From the NCBI RefSeq assembly GCF_006345805.1, contig NC_043010.1:32178001-32242000 (forward strand): DNA of 64,000 nucleotides, read 5' to 3'. The DNA comes from Octopus sinensis (taxonomy: Eukaryota). Every line of letters begins with the position of its first letter. Position 1 is the first letter of the stretch. The notes under the pieces were generated by a model. That model did not search any database. It worked only from the letters and a program-made list of their open reading frames with translations, and was not told the DNA's origin. A program made the position numbers and the translations under genes. Below, piece after piece: positions 41,312-52,784 of the stretch.

Positions 41312-41702
41312 TATTTTATAAGCTTAAATCTTATAAGCAATAAATGTGCAATGACTAAATAAAATAGTCTAATAATGGGGCATATAAGCCCTTGATGGAA
41401 AAGCGTAGGTTTTCCCATATGTGTGGGACTCGAACCCACACCTCTTTGTTTTCATGCTACCATTACACTAGCACATCAACCTGCTACATTCCGTCAGATT
41501 TAAGAACTATAATTAGTTCATAGTGCTGTTTTTGTAAACAAACTTTCATGTGCTTTTATTGTGAAGGTATTTGTTAAGCAGTGTCGATTTTTACACTTCT
41601 GTAAGTAATAATAATAGTAAGGGCTTATATGTCCCATCATTAGACCATTTTCTTTAGTCATTGCTTGGTGATTGCTTATAAGCTTTAAACTTATAAATAC
41701 TA
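41309..41702. mobile_element. ~390-bp element with ~85-bp imperfect TIRs enclosing a tRNA-like sequence
   Basis: Arms at 41309-41393 and 41619-41702 (..gcaatgactaaa..atggggcatataagccctt / aagggcttatatgtcccat..tttagtcattgc). Minus strand 41417-41477 has A-box TAGTGTAATGG and B-box GGTTCGAGTCC. Confidence 0.8.
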
Positions 41703-42599
41703 TAATTATTATTTACAGAATAGTAAAAATTGATACTGCTTACAAAAACCTTCACCTCTCTCTCTTTCTCTCCCCCCCTCTCTCTCTCTCTTTCTCTCCC
41801 CCTCTCTCTCTCTCTTTCTCTCTCTCTCTCTTTCTCTCTCTCTCTTTCTCTCTCTCTCTATATATATATATATCGAGAGAGAGGGAGAGAGAAAGGCAGT
41901 TTTCATCTATTAAACTCTGTCAGTTAACCTGTCACTATAGTAGGAAACAATTTTGTATGATGGTGCAGAGTGGAATCAAAATGAGAATTACATCGTTGTT
42001 AAGCAAACTTCTTAATCACACAAAACATTTAGTACTAATTGCAATAGGCATGACAGTTGAAATATTTGTTGGAAAATAATTTGGAAGTTGTCATGGGCAT
42101 GCCTTTCCAAAGTGACAAAATAAATAATCTACTTTCTTGTGATTTGAACTAAAAAAAAAAAAAGATAGTGATCAGAGGAAAGCATTTATTTAATCACACT
42201 ACCACTTCTGAATGTAACAAACAGAAACTATTAGATTTGTTCATTTGTTTAAGCTGAGCGTGAGCCAAATACTGCAAAACATTCTGTTGTTTTGTACCAG
42301 CTAATGTGCAAAAATAATAAATTCTCTGATTTTTTTCTGCTTTTTCCCCTCTATTACTGTTCCACTGTTCCACATGTTTATTTGCCAATAAACCACTTTG
42401 ATATTTTCCAGTAACATGATATATATATGTTATTCCACTCTGTTTTAACTCTTTTTTAGTTTTTAAAATACAAAGTTGTAATTGCATTAGTCAAGCTAAT
42501 ATTCATCTTTTAAAAATATTTCCAGGTAATGGGAACTTATTTTTACATATTTAAGTTTAAGTTAATGTAAACATAACTTTATGTATAAGGAATTCATTT

Positions 42600-42775
42600 C
42601 ACCACCACATAGCTTCAAGTTTAATCCAACTGCATGGTACCTTTTACAAGTCTCTTCTACAATAGCCTCAGTTGATAGAAGCCTTGTGAGTGAAATTTTG
42701 CTGATGAAAATGGCCAGAATTCTGTTGTTAAGGCCACAGTTTTTTTTTGTGCATATGTGCATGTGTTTGTGTTAA
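42600..42775 (-). mobile_element. Degenerate SINE family B fragment
   Basis: ccacatagcttcaagtttaatccaactgcatggtacc...tcttctacaatagcctc..gccttgtgagtgaaatttt; homologous to other family B copies. The strand call is uncertain because the motif reads on + as written. Confidence 0.5.
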
Positions 42776-42875
42776 ACCAGGTGACATAATTCATCTCCTG
42801 GTTTAAAACCACCAGTTTGTCTATTTCTGTGTACCCTAAGTGGAGCCTTTTCTGATGTAATTATTCAGGCCAAGC

Positions 42876-43072
42876 AAGGCAGTGAGCTGGCAGGTGAAAT
42901 GCTTAGTGGTATTTTGTTTGTCTTTACATTCTGGGTTCAAGTTCCGTCGAGGTCAACTTTGCCTTCCATCTTTTCCGAGTTTATAAATTAAGTACCAGTT
43001 GCATACTGGGGTCGATCTAATTGACTGGTCCCCTCCCCCAAAATTTTAAGCCATGTGCCTAGAGTAGAAAAA
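42876..43072 (+). mobile_element. tRNA-derived SINE (family A) with 15-bp TSD
   Basis: aggcagtgagctggcag...ggttcaagttccg...; TSD aattattcaggccaa at 42859-42873 and 43073-43087. Confidence 0.85.
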
Positions 43073-43806
43073 AATTATTCAGGCCAAATTACTAGTATGA
43101 GGAAAACTTCCACCTTTTTCCCCATTTGTCTTTGAAACCCTGAAAAAGTCAAGAGTACCATCCTAACTTTATAGGATAATCCACTCAAAGGAGTTTCTTT
43201 CTGTTTTTTGATGACATCTTTGAGTATTGTATGATGAATGCTTATATTTCATTGTATTTTAAATCACTTTCTTTTATATAATGTTATGATGATTTTAGTG
43301 AGCTAAATGTTCATTGAGGAAAATATTCCTAAGTATAAGGAAATATATTTTTATTTTACTTCAGTAAACATACCCATACACACACACACACACACACACA
43401 CGTATATTTATTGTATGCATGTTTAGGCATGTATACACACAAATTCCTTTATATATAGATATATTTTTTTAATATTAGATCTTTAAAGAAATTCAAAAAG
43501 AAGTTTTTTAAGAAGATATGGAAAAAAGTCAATAAAACATGGATATTTCGTAGAAAATGTGAAGCAAATAGCAACAAACATCTTTTATTATCATAGGCAA
43601 ACTCACACTTCCGGTGATTTCTTAACAAAGACTACTGCTATATTCTATAAAGGATATTCATTTCTTTGACATGTATGCATATGTGTATTTATGTGTGTGT
43701 GTGTGCGTGTGTGTGTGTATATACACATATATATATATATATCTGTGTATGTGTGTGTATGCATAAATATATATTTATATACATACATGTATGTGTGTGT
43801 ATGCAC

Positions 43807-43859
<53 letters not shown>

Positions 43860-44496
43860 GTGATTGTAGATATATATATGTATGCATATGTGTCCTTTAA
43901 ACATTTTCTGTCCAATATTCAGCAGAATAATTCTTTTCATAAGTCTTTTTCTTTTTGATATTTCCATCTCTTATGGCTTTGAAATTTTCAAATGAAATGA
44001 TTTGATTTAGGAAATTTTTTTTCTGTAACTTCTAAGGAAATCAACTCCTTTTATCAGCAACAATCATACTAAAAAAATCCGCTTTCTGTGTATATCTCCT
44101 TCAGTTCTACTTCAATATTCTTTTGTGGCTTTTTGTATATTTGTTTAGTTTTGCTTTTGAAAATCAGGTTTTATTTATTCAATTAATTATTATTATATTA
44201 GAAATTTCTCATAACCATCATTTTCATCATCATATTTCCATCATCATCGTCATGATCATCATCATTATCATCACCACCACAACTACCAGCCATCATTGAC
44301 ATTGTTGTCGTTATTATCATTGTCACCACTGCAATCACCATTGTCCTCCTCCTTCTCACCACCATTAATCATTATTGATATTAGTGTTCTTTCCCTGCAC
44401 AACTGAATGCAACTATTTTTGTTTTGTTATCATATAGAATCTATTCTCCAATAATAAGTGTATGTGCAGTGCCTTGTAGCATTATTCTCTGTATGT

Positions 44497-44545
<49 letters not shown>

Positions 44546-44732
44546 GTATAAATGCATGTGTATGTCTTGGGATTCTTGTTATGCATAAGTCTACATCTTT
44601 TTCATTCAGTTGTAAGACACCTGTTGTTATCTAATCTTTCAGTAGACAACTATTTGTCTTGCAATCTTTCAGAATTTATCACTCTTCATCTATCTTTTGT
44701 CTATCTACCTGTCCCTCTCTTTCTCTCTCTCT

Positions 44733-44792
<60 letters not shown>

Positions 44793-44865
44793 GCATGTAT
44801 GTAATGCAGAAGAAATGTGAAGGCTAGAGAGGAATGAAGCTAGTATGCTCCACTGGATGTACAAT

Positions 44866-45441
44866 GTGGTTCTAGGAACATTTATGCCACAGGAAAACTT
44901 GCCGCAGGAAACTTTGCCATATAGGAAATTTTGCCGTAAGATAATATCGCCATATAGATAATTTTGAAGATATGGCAGGCAACCTGATTAGAGAAATTGC
45001 AGTTCTGAAAAAAATTGCTTTATATATATATATATGTGTGTGTTTTTCATACTTCCGTTTTAGATCTAACTAATTTTTTTGTTTTCTTTTTGCTCTTTGT
45101 AAACGTTATCATATTTATTACTTTTTTATTTAAGCAGAATTTTTTTTTGAAAACATATTTTAGGTTGCTTTATTTTTGCACCCACTGTAGCTTTGCCATA
45201 ATAATATAATAAATATGTTGGTTGAAGCAATTATATACCAAGGGATTAGTTCATCTTTTTTGGGAGCAGGGAATTGTCTTATGGCAAAATTTCCTATGTG
45301 GCGAGCTTGCCTATGGCAAAATTTTCTATGTGGCGAGCTTGCCTATGGCAAAATTTTCTATGCAGTGAACCTATGGCCAAAACTCCTAAGGCGAATTTTC
45401 CTGCAGCAAAAATATTTGCAGTAAAATTTTTGGATACAGTG
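44866..45441. mobile_element. Non-autonomous foldback-like DNA element with inverted arrays of ~15-bp subterminal repeats (second copy ~46787-47360)
   Basis: The left end has repeats GGAAA(A)(C/T)TTGCC(G/A); the right end has inverted TATGGCAAAATTT(T)CT / GGCGAATTTTCC arrays. Exact ends are uncertain. Confidence 0.65.
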
Positions 45442-45474
45442 CGATATCAGTGTATATGTACAAGTGAGTCCTAC

Positions 45475-46010
45475 TATATTGAGAGAAAATTAGGTATGAG
45501 AAAAATTAGATGCAGTGTGCATTAGAGAAGACTCTGCTGGCTTGGTCATGTGATGTGTATGGATGTAGACAGTTACATAAAGAAATGCTGATCACTTGAT
45601 GTCAGCGGAACTTGTAGAAGAGTTTCATTCCCAAGAAGATGTGGAATGAAATATTGACGGTTAATTTCAAGAGCCTTACAAAGGAGATGGCAAAGGATTG
45701 AGATATCTGGCACCTTGCTGTACTCAGAAAGACCTGTTCACCACAGCAGAATTGATATCCTTAGCCACTTTGGTTAATGCTCTCCTCCCAGCTGAGGAGA
45801 TTTTTGTCTTGCAAGTTACTTGGTGACCCTGTCAGTGTTGGTGCCACATAAAAGCATCCAGTACACTCTGTAAAGTGGTTGGTGTTAAGAAGGGCATCCA
45901 GCAGTAGAAACCAAGCCAAAACACATGCCTGGGACCTGGTACAGCTCTCCAGCTTGCCAACTCTAGCTAGCCAGCTCCAACCCATGTCAACATAGAAAAT
46001 AATGTTAAAT
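45475..46010 (+). mobile_element. RTE LINE 3' end plus 3'UTR fragment (duplicated at ~47394-47930)
   Basis: LREKLGMRKIRCSVH*RRLCWLGHVMCMD-like translation followed by the RTE 3'UTR motif. Confidence 0.75.
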
Positions 46011-46210
46011 GTATGTGTGTGTGTGTGTGTGCACACACACAAACACACACACACACAGTTTCCTGTACTTATATATACACCATTGTGCTTAGAAAATGTT
46101 ACTGCAACTACAATATCCTTACGTATCTCACGTCTGTTTTCATTCCTCCACTTCACTCTGTATTTCATATCTTCTCTATCGTAACTATTACTTGAAAATT
46201 TTCTCACACA

Positions 46211-46258
46211 GTCTCTGATGAAGGGATATATAAAATATCCTGGAAACAGCTGTAAGAC
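46211..46258 (+). ncRNA. Minimal type-I hammerhead ribozyme (PLE-type), copy 1
   Basis: GTCT-CTGATGA-a[GGGATAT ataaa ATATCCT]g-GAA-ACAGCTGT-A|AGAC. Stem I is GTCT/AGAC, stem II is 7 bp, and stem III is the palindrome ACAGCTGT. Predicted cleavage after A46254 (GUA). Confidence 0.85.
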
Positions 46259-46336
46259 CTTCTCTTTTTAAATGTTCTGAAAACTATTCACAGCCTTGGA
46301 ATTTTTTATCTCATTGTGTTAATTTATATATGTATG

Positions 46337-46372
<36 letters not shown>

Positions 46373-46409
46373 GTGTGTGTGTGTGTGTGTGTGTATGTTT
46401 GTATGTGTA

Positions 46410-46457
<48 letters not shown>

Positions 46458-46648
46458 GTATAAATGCATGTGTATGTCTTGGGATTCTTGTTATGCATAA
46501 GTCTACATCTTTTTCATTCAGTTGTAAGACACCTGTTGTTATCTAATCTTTCAGTAGACAACTATTTGTCTTGCAATCTTTCAGAATTTATCACTCTTCA
46601 TCTATCTTTTGTCTATCTACCTGTCCCTCTCTTTCTCTCTCTCTCTCC

Positions 46649-46713
<65 letters not shown>

Positions 46714-48131
46714 GCATGTATGTAATGCAGAAGAAATGTGAAGGCTAGAGAGGAATGAAGCTAGTATGCTCCACTGGATGTACAATGTGGTTCTAGGAAC
46801 ATTTATGCCACAGGAAAACTTGCCGCAGGAAACTTTGCCATATAGGAAATTTTGCCGTAAGATAATATCGCCATATAGATAATTTTGAAGATATGGCAGG
46901 CAACCTGATTAGAGAAATTGCAGTTCTGAAAAAAATTGCTTTATATATATATATATGTGTGTTTTTCATACTTCCGTTTTAGATCTAACTAATTTTTTTG
47001 TTTTCTTTTTGCTCTTTGTAAACGTTATCATATTTATTACTTTTTTATTTAAGCAGAATTTTTTTTTGAAAACATATTTTAGGTTGCTTTATTTTTGCAC
47101 CCACTGTAGCTTTGCCATAATAATATAATAAATATGTTGGTTGAAGCAATTATATACCAAGGGATTAGTTCATCTTTTTTGGGAGCAGGGAATTGTCTTA
47201 TGGCAAAATTTCCTATGTGGCGAGCTTGCCTATGGCAAAATTTTCTATGTGGCGAGCTTGCCTATGGCAAAATTTTCTATGCAGTGAACCTATGGCCAAA
47301 ACTCCTAAGGCGAATTTTCCTGCAGCAAAAATATTTGCAGTAAAATTTTTGGATACAGTGCGATATCAGTGTATATGTACAATTGAGTGCTACTATATTG
47401 AGAGAAAATTAGGTATGAGAAAAATTAGATGCAGTGTGCATTAGAGAAGACTCTGCTGGCTTGGTCATGTGATGTGTATGGATGTAGACAGTTACATAAA
47501 GAAATGCTGATCACTTGATGTCAGCGGAACTTGTAGAAGAGTTTCATTCCCAAGAAGATGTGGAATGAAATATTGACGGTTAATTTCAAGAGCCTTACAA
47601 AGGAGATGGCAAAGGATTGAGATATCTGGCACCTTGCTGTACTCAGAAAGACCTGTTCACCACAGCAGAATTGATATCCTTAGCCACTTTGGTTAATGCT
47701 CTCCTCCCAGCTGAGGAGATTTTTGTCTTGCAAGTTACTTGGTGACCCTGTCAGTGTTGGTGCCACATAAAAGCATCCAGTACACTCTGTAAAGTGGTTG
47801 GTGTTAAGAAGGGCATCCAGCAGTAGAAACCAAGCCAAAACACATGCCTGGGACCTGGTACAGCTCTCCAGCTTGCCAACTCTAGCTAGCCAGCTCCAAC
47901 CCATGTCAACATAGAAAATAATGTTAAATGTATGTGTGTGTGTGTGTGTGCACACACACAAACACACACACACACACAGTTTCCTGTACTTATATATACA
48001 CCATTGTGCTTAGAAAATGTTACTGCAACTACAATATCCTTACGTATCTCACGTCTGTTTTCATTCCTCCACTTCACTCTGTATTTCATATCTTCTCTAT
48101 CGTAACTATTACTTGAAAATTTTCTCACACA

Positions 48132-48179
48132 GTCTCTGATGAAGGGATATATAAAATATCCTGGAAACAGCTGTAAGAC
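48132..48179 (+). ncRNA. Minimal type-I hammerhead ribozyme (PLE-type), copy 2
   Basis: Identical to 46211-46258, 1921 bp downstream in the duplicated unit. Confidence 0.85.
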
Positions 48180-48257
48180 CTTCTCTTTTTAAATGTTCTG
48201 AAAACTATTCACAGCCTTGGAATTTTTTATCTCATTGTGTTAATTTATATATGTATG

Positions 48258-48259
<2 letters not shown>

Positions 48260-48318
<59 letters not shown>

Positions 48319-48585
48319 TTGTATGTGTATATATATATATATATATATATAAGAATAATTTTATAACTTCGTTCAACTGAAAAGCATTTCTGTTAAACCA
48401 AAGAACAAAAATGAAAATAGGACTGCAACAGGAAGTGTTCATGTGACACCAAAGTGAAAGAAGAAATAAACTGAAAGGTATAATGAATAAGCGGTCCAAT
48501 CGGTCAAAACAGCTTTGTAATTTAGTTGTTTTGACCGATTGGAGCATTTATTCATTATACCTTTCAATTTTATATATATATATAT

Positions 48586-48621
<36 letters not shown>

Positions 48622-48894
48622 GTGTGTGTGTGTGTGTGTGTGTATGTTTGTATGTGTATATATATATATATATATATATAAGAATAATTTTATAACTTCG
48701 TTCAACTGAAAAGCATTTCTGTTAAACCAAAGAACAAAAATGAAAATAGGACTGCAACAGGAAGTGTTCATGTGACACCAAAGTGAAAGAAGAAATAAAC
48801 TGAAAGGTATAATGAATAAGCGGTCCAATCGGTCAAAACAGCTTTGTAATTTAGTTGTTTTGACCGATTGGAGCATTTATTCATTATACCTTTC

Positions 48895-48905
<11 letters not shown>
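48260..48905. repeat. 329-bp tandem duplication, each unit with a ~95-nt hairpin
   Basis: 48351-48570 equals 48680-48899. Hairpins at 48472-48566 and 48801-48895 have ~43-bp arms with ~4 mismatches. Confidence 0.95.
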
Positions 48906-48937
<32 letters not shown>

Positions 48938-48941
<4 letters not shown>

Positions 48942-50200
48942 GAATGTACATTAAAGATTTCCCCTGATCCAGTTCTGATTATTGTAGGAAACGGAACTTG
49001 TACAGGTATAATCATACATGTCTCCACATGTCACTTTGTAATTTGCAGCTTTTGACTTGTATTTGTTTGTTTTTTATGGCTGCTGAAATGAATTAAGGTG
49101 TTATAACATAGGCAGCTCAATGCAGAACAGTGATCAGGTTCTTATACTTGAAAAGTCGTACACCAAAGAGACTTTCAATTATACGATATAGTCAAGCACT
49201 GGCATCACCAATCCAAATGTGTTTGGACATTGGTGGTAGCTGCTCCAATTCCTGGATGACCACATTCCGCCATTGATGACAACATCATCCATAAAGTAAA
49301 AGCCACCACTTTGGAGGATCACTGCATAACTATTCGGCAACTAGCCCAAAAAGTGAAGAGAATTATAGGGTCCATGGAAAAAATCCTTCATGACCATTTG
49401 CTCGTGCAGAAGTTATCTGCATGATGGATTCCCTGGATGCTCACACTTTTTCAGAAGAAGGTACGAGTCAATTGCTCCCAGGCTTTTTTGGCAATGTACC
49501 AAGAAAATGAGGAGGACTATTTTGTCAGACTTATCACACAGGATGAAACATGGGTCCATCACTATGACCTTGAGACTAAAGCCCAGTCAAAGTAATGAAA
49601 GCATGATAATTCATCACCTCCAAAGAAGGCTTGTGTCCAACCCTCAGCAGGCAAGGTGATGCTCACAGTCATTTGGGACGACCAACATGGAGTAGTGATG
49701 AGGAATTTTCTGGTACTGGACAACACAATCAACAGGACATATTATGCTTCTCTGCTTCAGAAATTATGGGACGCCATCAAAGCAGAGAGGCATGGCATGC
49801 TAACCAGAGTAGTCCACCTCCTCCAAGACAACACCCCAGTTCACAATGCACATGTTACACAGATGAAAACACATTCCTGCTGCTATGAAATCCTTCTTCA
49901 TCACCCTTACTCTCCTGACCTCACACCATCTGACTTCCACTTCTTTCCAACCATGAAATCTTTTTTGAAGGGGGAGCACTTTTACAGATGATGATGAACT
50001 TATTTCTGAGGTAAGGTTTTGGCTTCAGATGCAACCTACTGACTTCTACAGACAAGGTTTTCACAGCTGCATAAAGCTATGGGAGAAGTGTGTCACCATT
50101 GGTGGTGGCTATGCATTGAAGGGCTAATAATTATGCCAAGTTTTATTTATCCCAGTTCTTGGGAGATGGATCAGGGGAAATCTTTAATGAACACCTGTCA
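48938..50200 (+). mobile_element. Full-length mariner (DD34D), decayed
   Basis: TIR core cattaaagatttcccctgatcca at both ends. The transposase remnant includes WIPWMLT, ITQDETWVHHYD and LQDNTPVH...(34)...YSPDLTPSDFHFF. Confidence 0.92.
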
Positions 50201-50789
50201 TGTGTATATATATATATACTAGATGTATCCACCTTGATCCATTGGGTCATGAACATTCCTAGTTGAAAATATTGATGCATGGCAGGAATGGGAAAAGTAC
50301 CATTTTGAACTTCATGCAATTCTTAAATAATACAGTTCTCCTGCCTTTGGTGTGACAACATAAACATGGCCGAGTGTTTCCTCTTTGAAAACATTCAAAT
50401 TGCCTTCAGCATTTTTTCCTCACTTTCTTCTTTGCCATTCTTTGTTACTACTGTTCCAAGTGAAATGCATGAGTACTTTAGCATAATGTAATATTTTGCA
50501 AAGTCATCATCAATGCAAAATAAAAAGAATTCTGTCAATGTTGTTCTCATATGTCATTCATTAACAGCCATATATACATCCTCATTATTTCTGAGCAATA
50601 TTCTTTGTTTATCCGGTAGATGAACTTGCAGTCTCACTATTGCAGATGTTCTTTCAAGAAGTGAAAATCCTAATATGGATGCAACTGCTTCCGATGGTTC
50701 AATATACTTACCCATTAGATATTGACCAATTTTGTTGTCTTTATCTGAACAGCAGCTTGGTCATTTCCTTTCTGTGTGTACTTGATGAA

Positions 50790-51023
50790 ACCTATTTCTT
50801 TACTGCCCACAAGGGGCTAAACAGAGAGGGGACAAACAAGGACAGACAAAGGGATTAAGCCGATTACATCGACCCCAGTGCAAAACTGGTACTTTATTTA
50901 TCGACCCCGAAAGGATGAAAGGCAAAGTCGGCCTCGGCAGAATTTGAACTCAGAACATTACGACAGACGAAATACTGCTAAGTATTTCGCCCAGCACGCT
51001 AATGTTTCTGGCAGCTTGCTGCC
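50790..51023 (-). mobile_element. tRNA-derived SINE (family A) with 14-bp TSD
   Basis: Same family as 27963-28195; TSD tgtgtacttgatga at 50775-50788 and 51027-51040. Confidence 0.9.
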
Positions 51024-52029
51024 CTCTGTGTACTTGATGATATACTTAATTTACCTCACTGAGGCAATGATTTCAATGCTGCAAAGGTACAGCCCACTTA
51101 TTGTTGTTTTTTTTTCCATTCTTATGAGATTTAACTCCTCCCATTGCATCTGATCTTTGTCTATAAAGAGATAGCCTCTCTGTTTATCTGCCTTTTGGTT
51201 AAGATGATAAAGATTGATATTGTATTTTAAATACTAATTTTCCTCTTTAAGACAAACAAGTCAGATACCTGTGATTATCATAAAAATATCTCATAAAAAT
51301 AAAGGAAGAATTTCTTTCAGTTTAATGCACTCCAAAACTTACATAAATGATTGAGGGAACAATAAAAAAAAAAAGGTAAGAAAAAAAGGTCTGCTGGTGG
51401 CAGCTGCCTCTTTGAAGTGTCATCATTTTCAACTTGATTTTTTTTTCATAAAGCGGAAATGACTAATTTATTTGTAATCTTTATCATTTTAATCAAATGG
51501 CAGGAAAACAGACAGCCTTTGAGATTTTGCATAATATATATACACATAAAAGTATGTACACATATACCTACAAGTTTACCATTTTACCTTAAAACATTTA
51601 GTAGTTCTAACATATTTTGGCCAAAAATACCTCTTTTCAAATTATGGAAGAGAATAGGAGAAAGTCTGGTTTCATTTCTGCATCTGGAATGTATTTTCTC
51701 ATGTGTGTGTGTGTGTGCGTGTGCATGCACACATGCGTGCACGTGTGAGTGAGTGACTGAATGAGTGTGTTTGTGTGCACGCATGTGCATGCATGCACAC
51801 ACACAAATGATATTATTAATTAAAATCTATTTTTGCCAATTCTTTAGATCAGCACCGATTTAATTGAATTTCAATTGTTATGATTAATTTTACACTAATC
51901 AATTGTAATTAGCTTTAATTACACAGTCAAATATCACAGAGAATATCATATATTTAATGAATTGATGATTTGCTAAAACATCGTGAAATTTCAGTAAATC
52001 ACTAAAATTTTCAACTATATTGCTCTCTT

Positions 52030-52108
<79 letters not shown>

Positions 52109-52166
52109 GTATATATATACATGTACATATATATATATATATATATATATACATACATATATATAC

Positions 52167-52216
<50 letters not shown>

Positions 52217-52252
52217 ATATATATATATATACATGTATATATATATATATAG

Positions 52253-52309
<57 letters not shown>

Positions 52310-52313
<4 letters not shown>

Positions 52314-52683
52314 GGCAGTTTGTCTGTGCATGTTTCTGTGTGTCTGTTTTCTCGTACCCTCACCCTGACCACGGCTTTCAACCGATTCTGATGAAACTTG
52401 ACACACGCATAGCCCAATGTCATAATTCAAAACTAACGCAGCGAAAATTTTGAAAAGTTCCCCCAGTTCTGAAAAAAATCGATTAATTCGACATGGGGTC
52501 GAGAATAAAAAAAAACAAACCACAGACTGTCTAGGGGACGCAACTCAACCTTTTTTTACTCTCAAAAAAAAAATTACCATCATTTTTTTTCCATTTTTTT
52601 GCTATTTTTTGGCTATAACTCTCTAAAGATGCTTTATAGTTATTTCCCTTACAAACCTGAGCAACGCCGGGCGATACTGCTAG
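52310..52683 (+). mobile_element. Non-autonomous Helitron
   Basis: 5' (TA)n-aaacggcagtttgtctg with GTCT-type repeats; 3' GC hairpin cctgagc-aac-gccggg followed by CTAG|T at 52680-52683; no TSD. Confidence 0.85.
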
Positions 52684-52784
52684 TATATATATATATATAT
52701 ATATATATAAACACAATCAAAATATACAACAGGATATCAAGAAGTGATGCAGTACGACCGTTTCAAATGGCTCCATTTAATTGA

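Larger units (their letters stand above)
44505..48345. repeat. Near-identical tandem duplication, unit ~1.92 kb
   Basis: 44531.. matches 46443.. through 46320/48241, with offsets of 1912-1921. Differences seen are microsatellite lengths and caagtgagtcc versus caattgagtgc. Confidence 0.97.

Noticed and set aside
52011-52523. Long YI-rich ORFs (also 23802, 43645, 58112, 59088 and others)
   Set aside because: (TA)n and (CA)n tracts lack stop codons, so these are artefacts.
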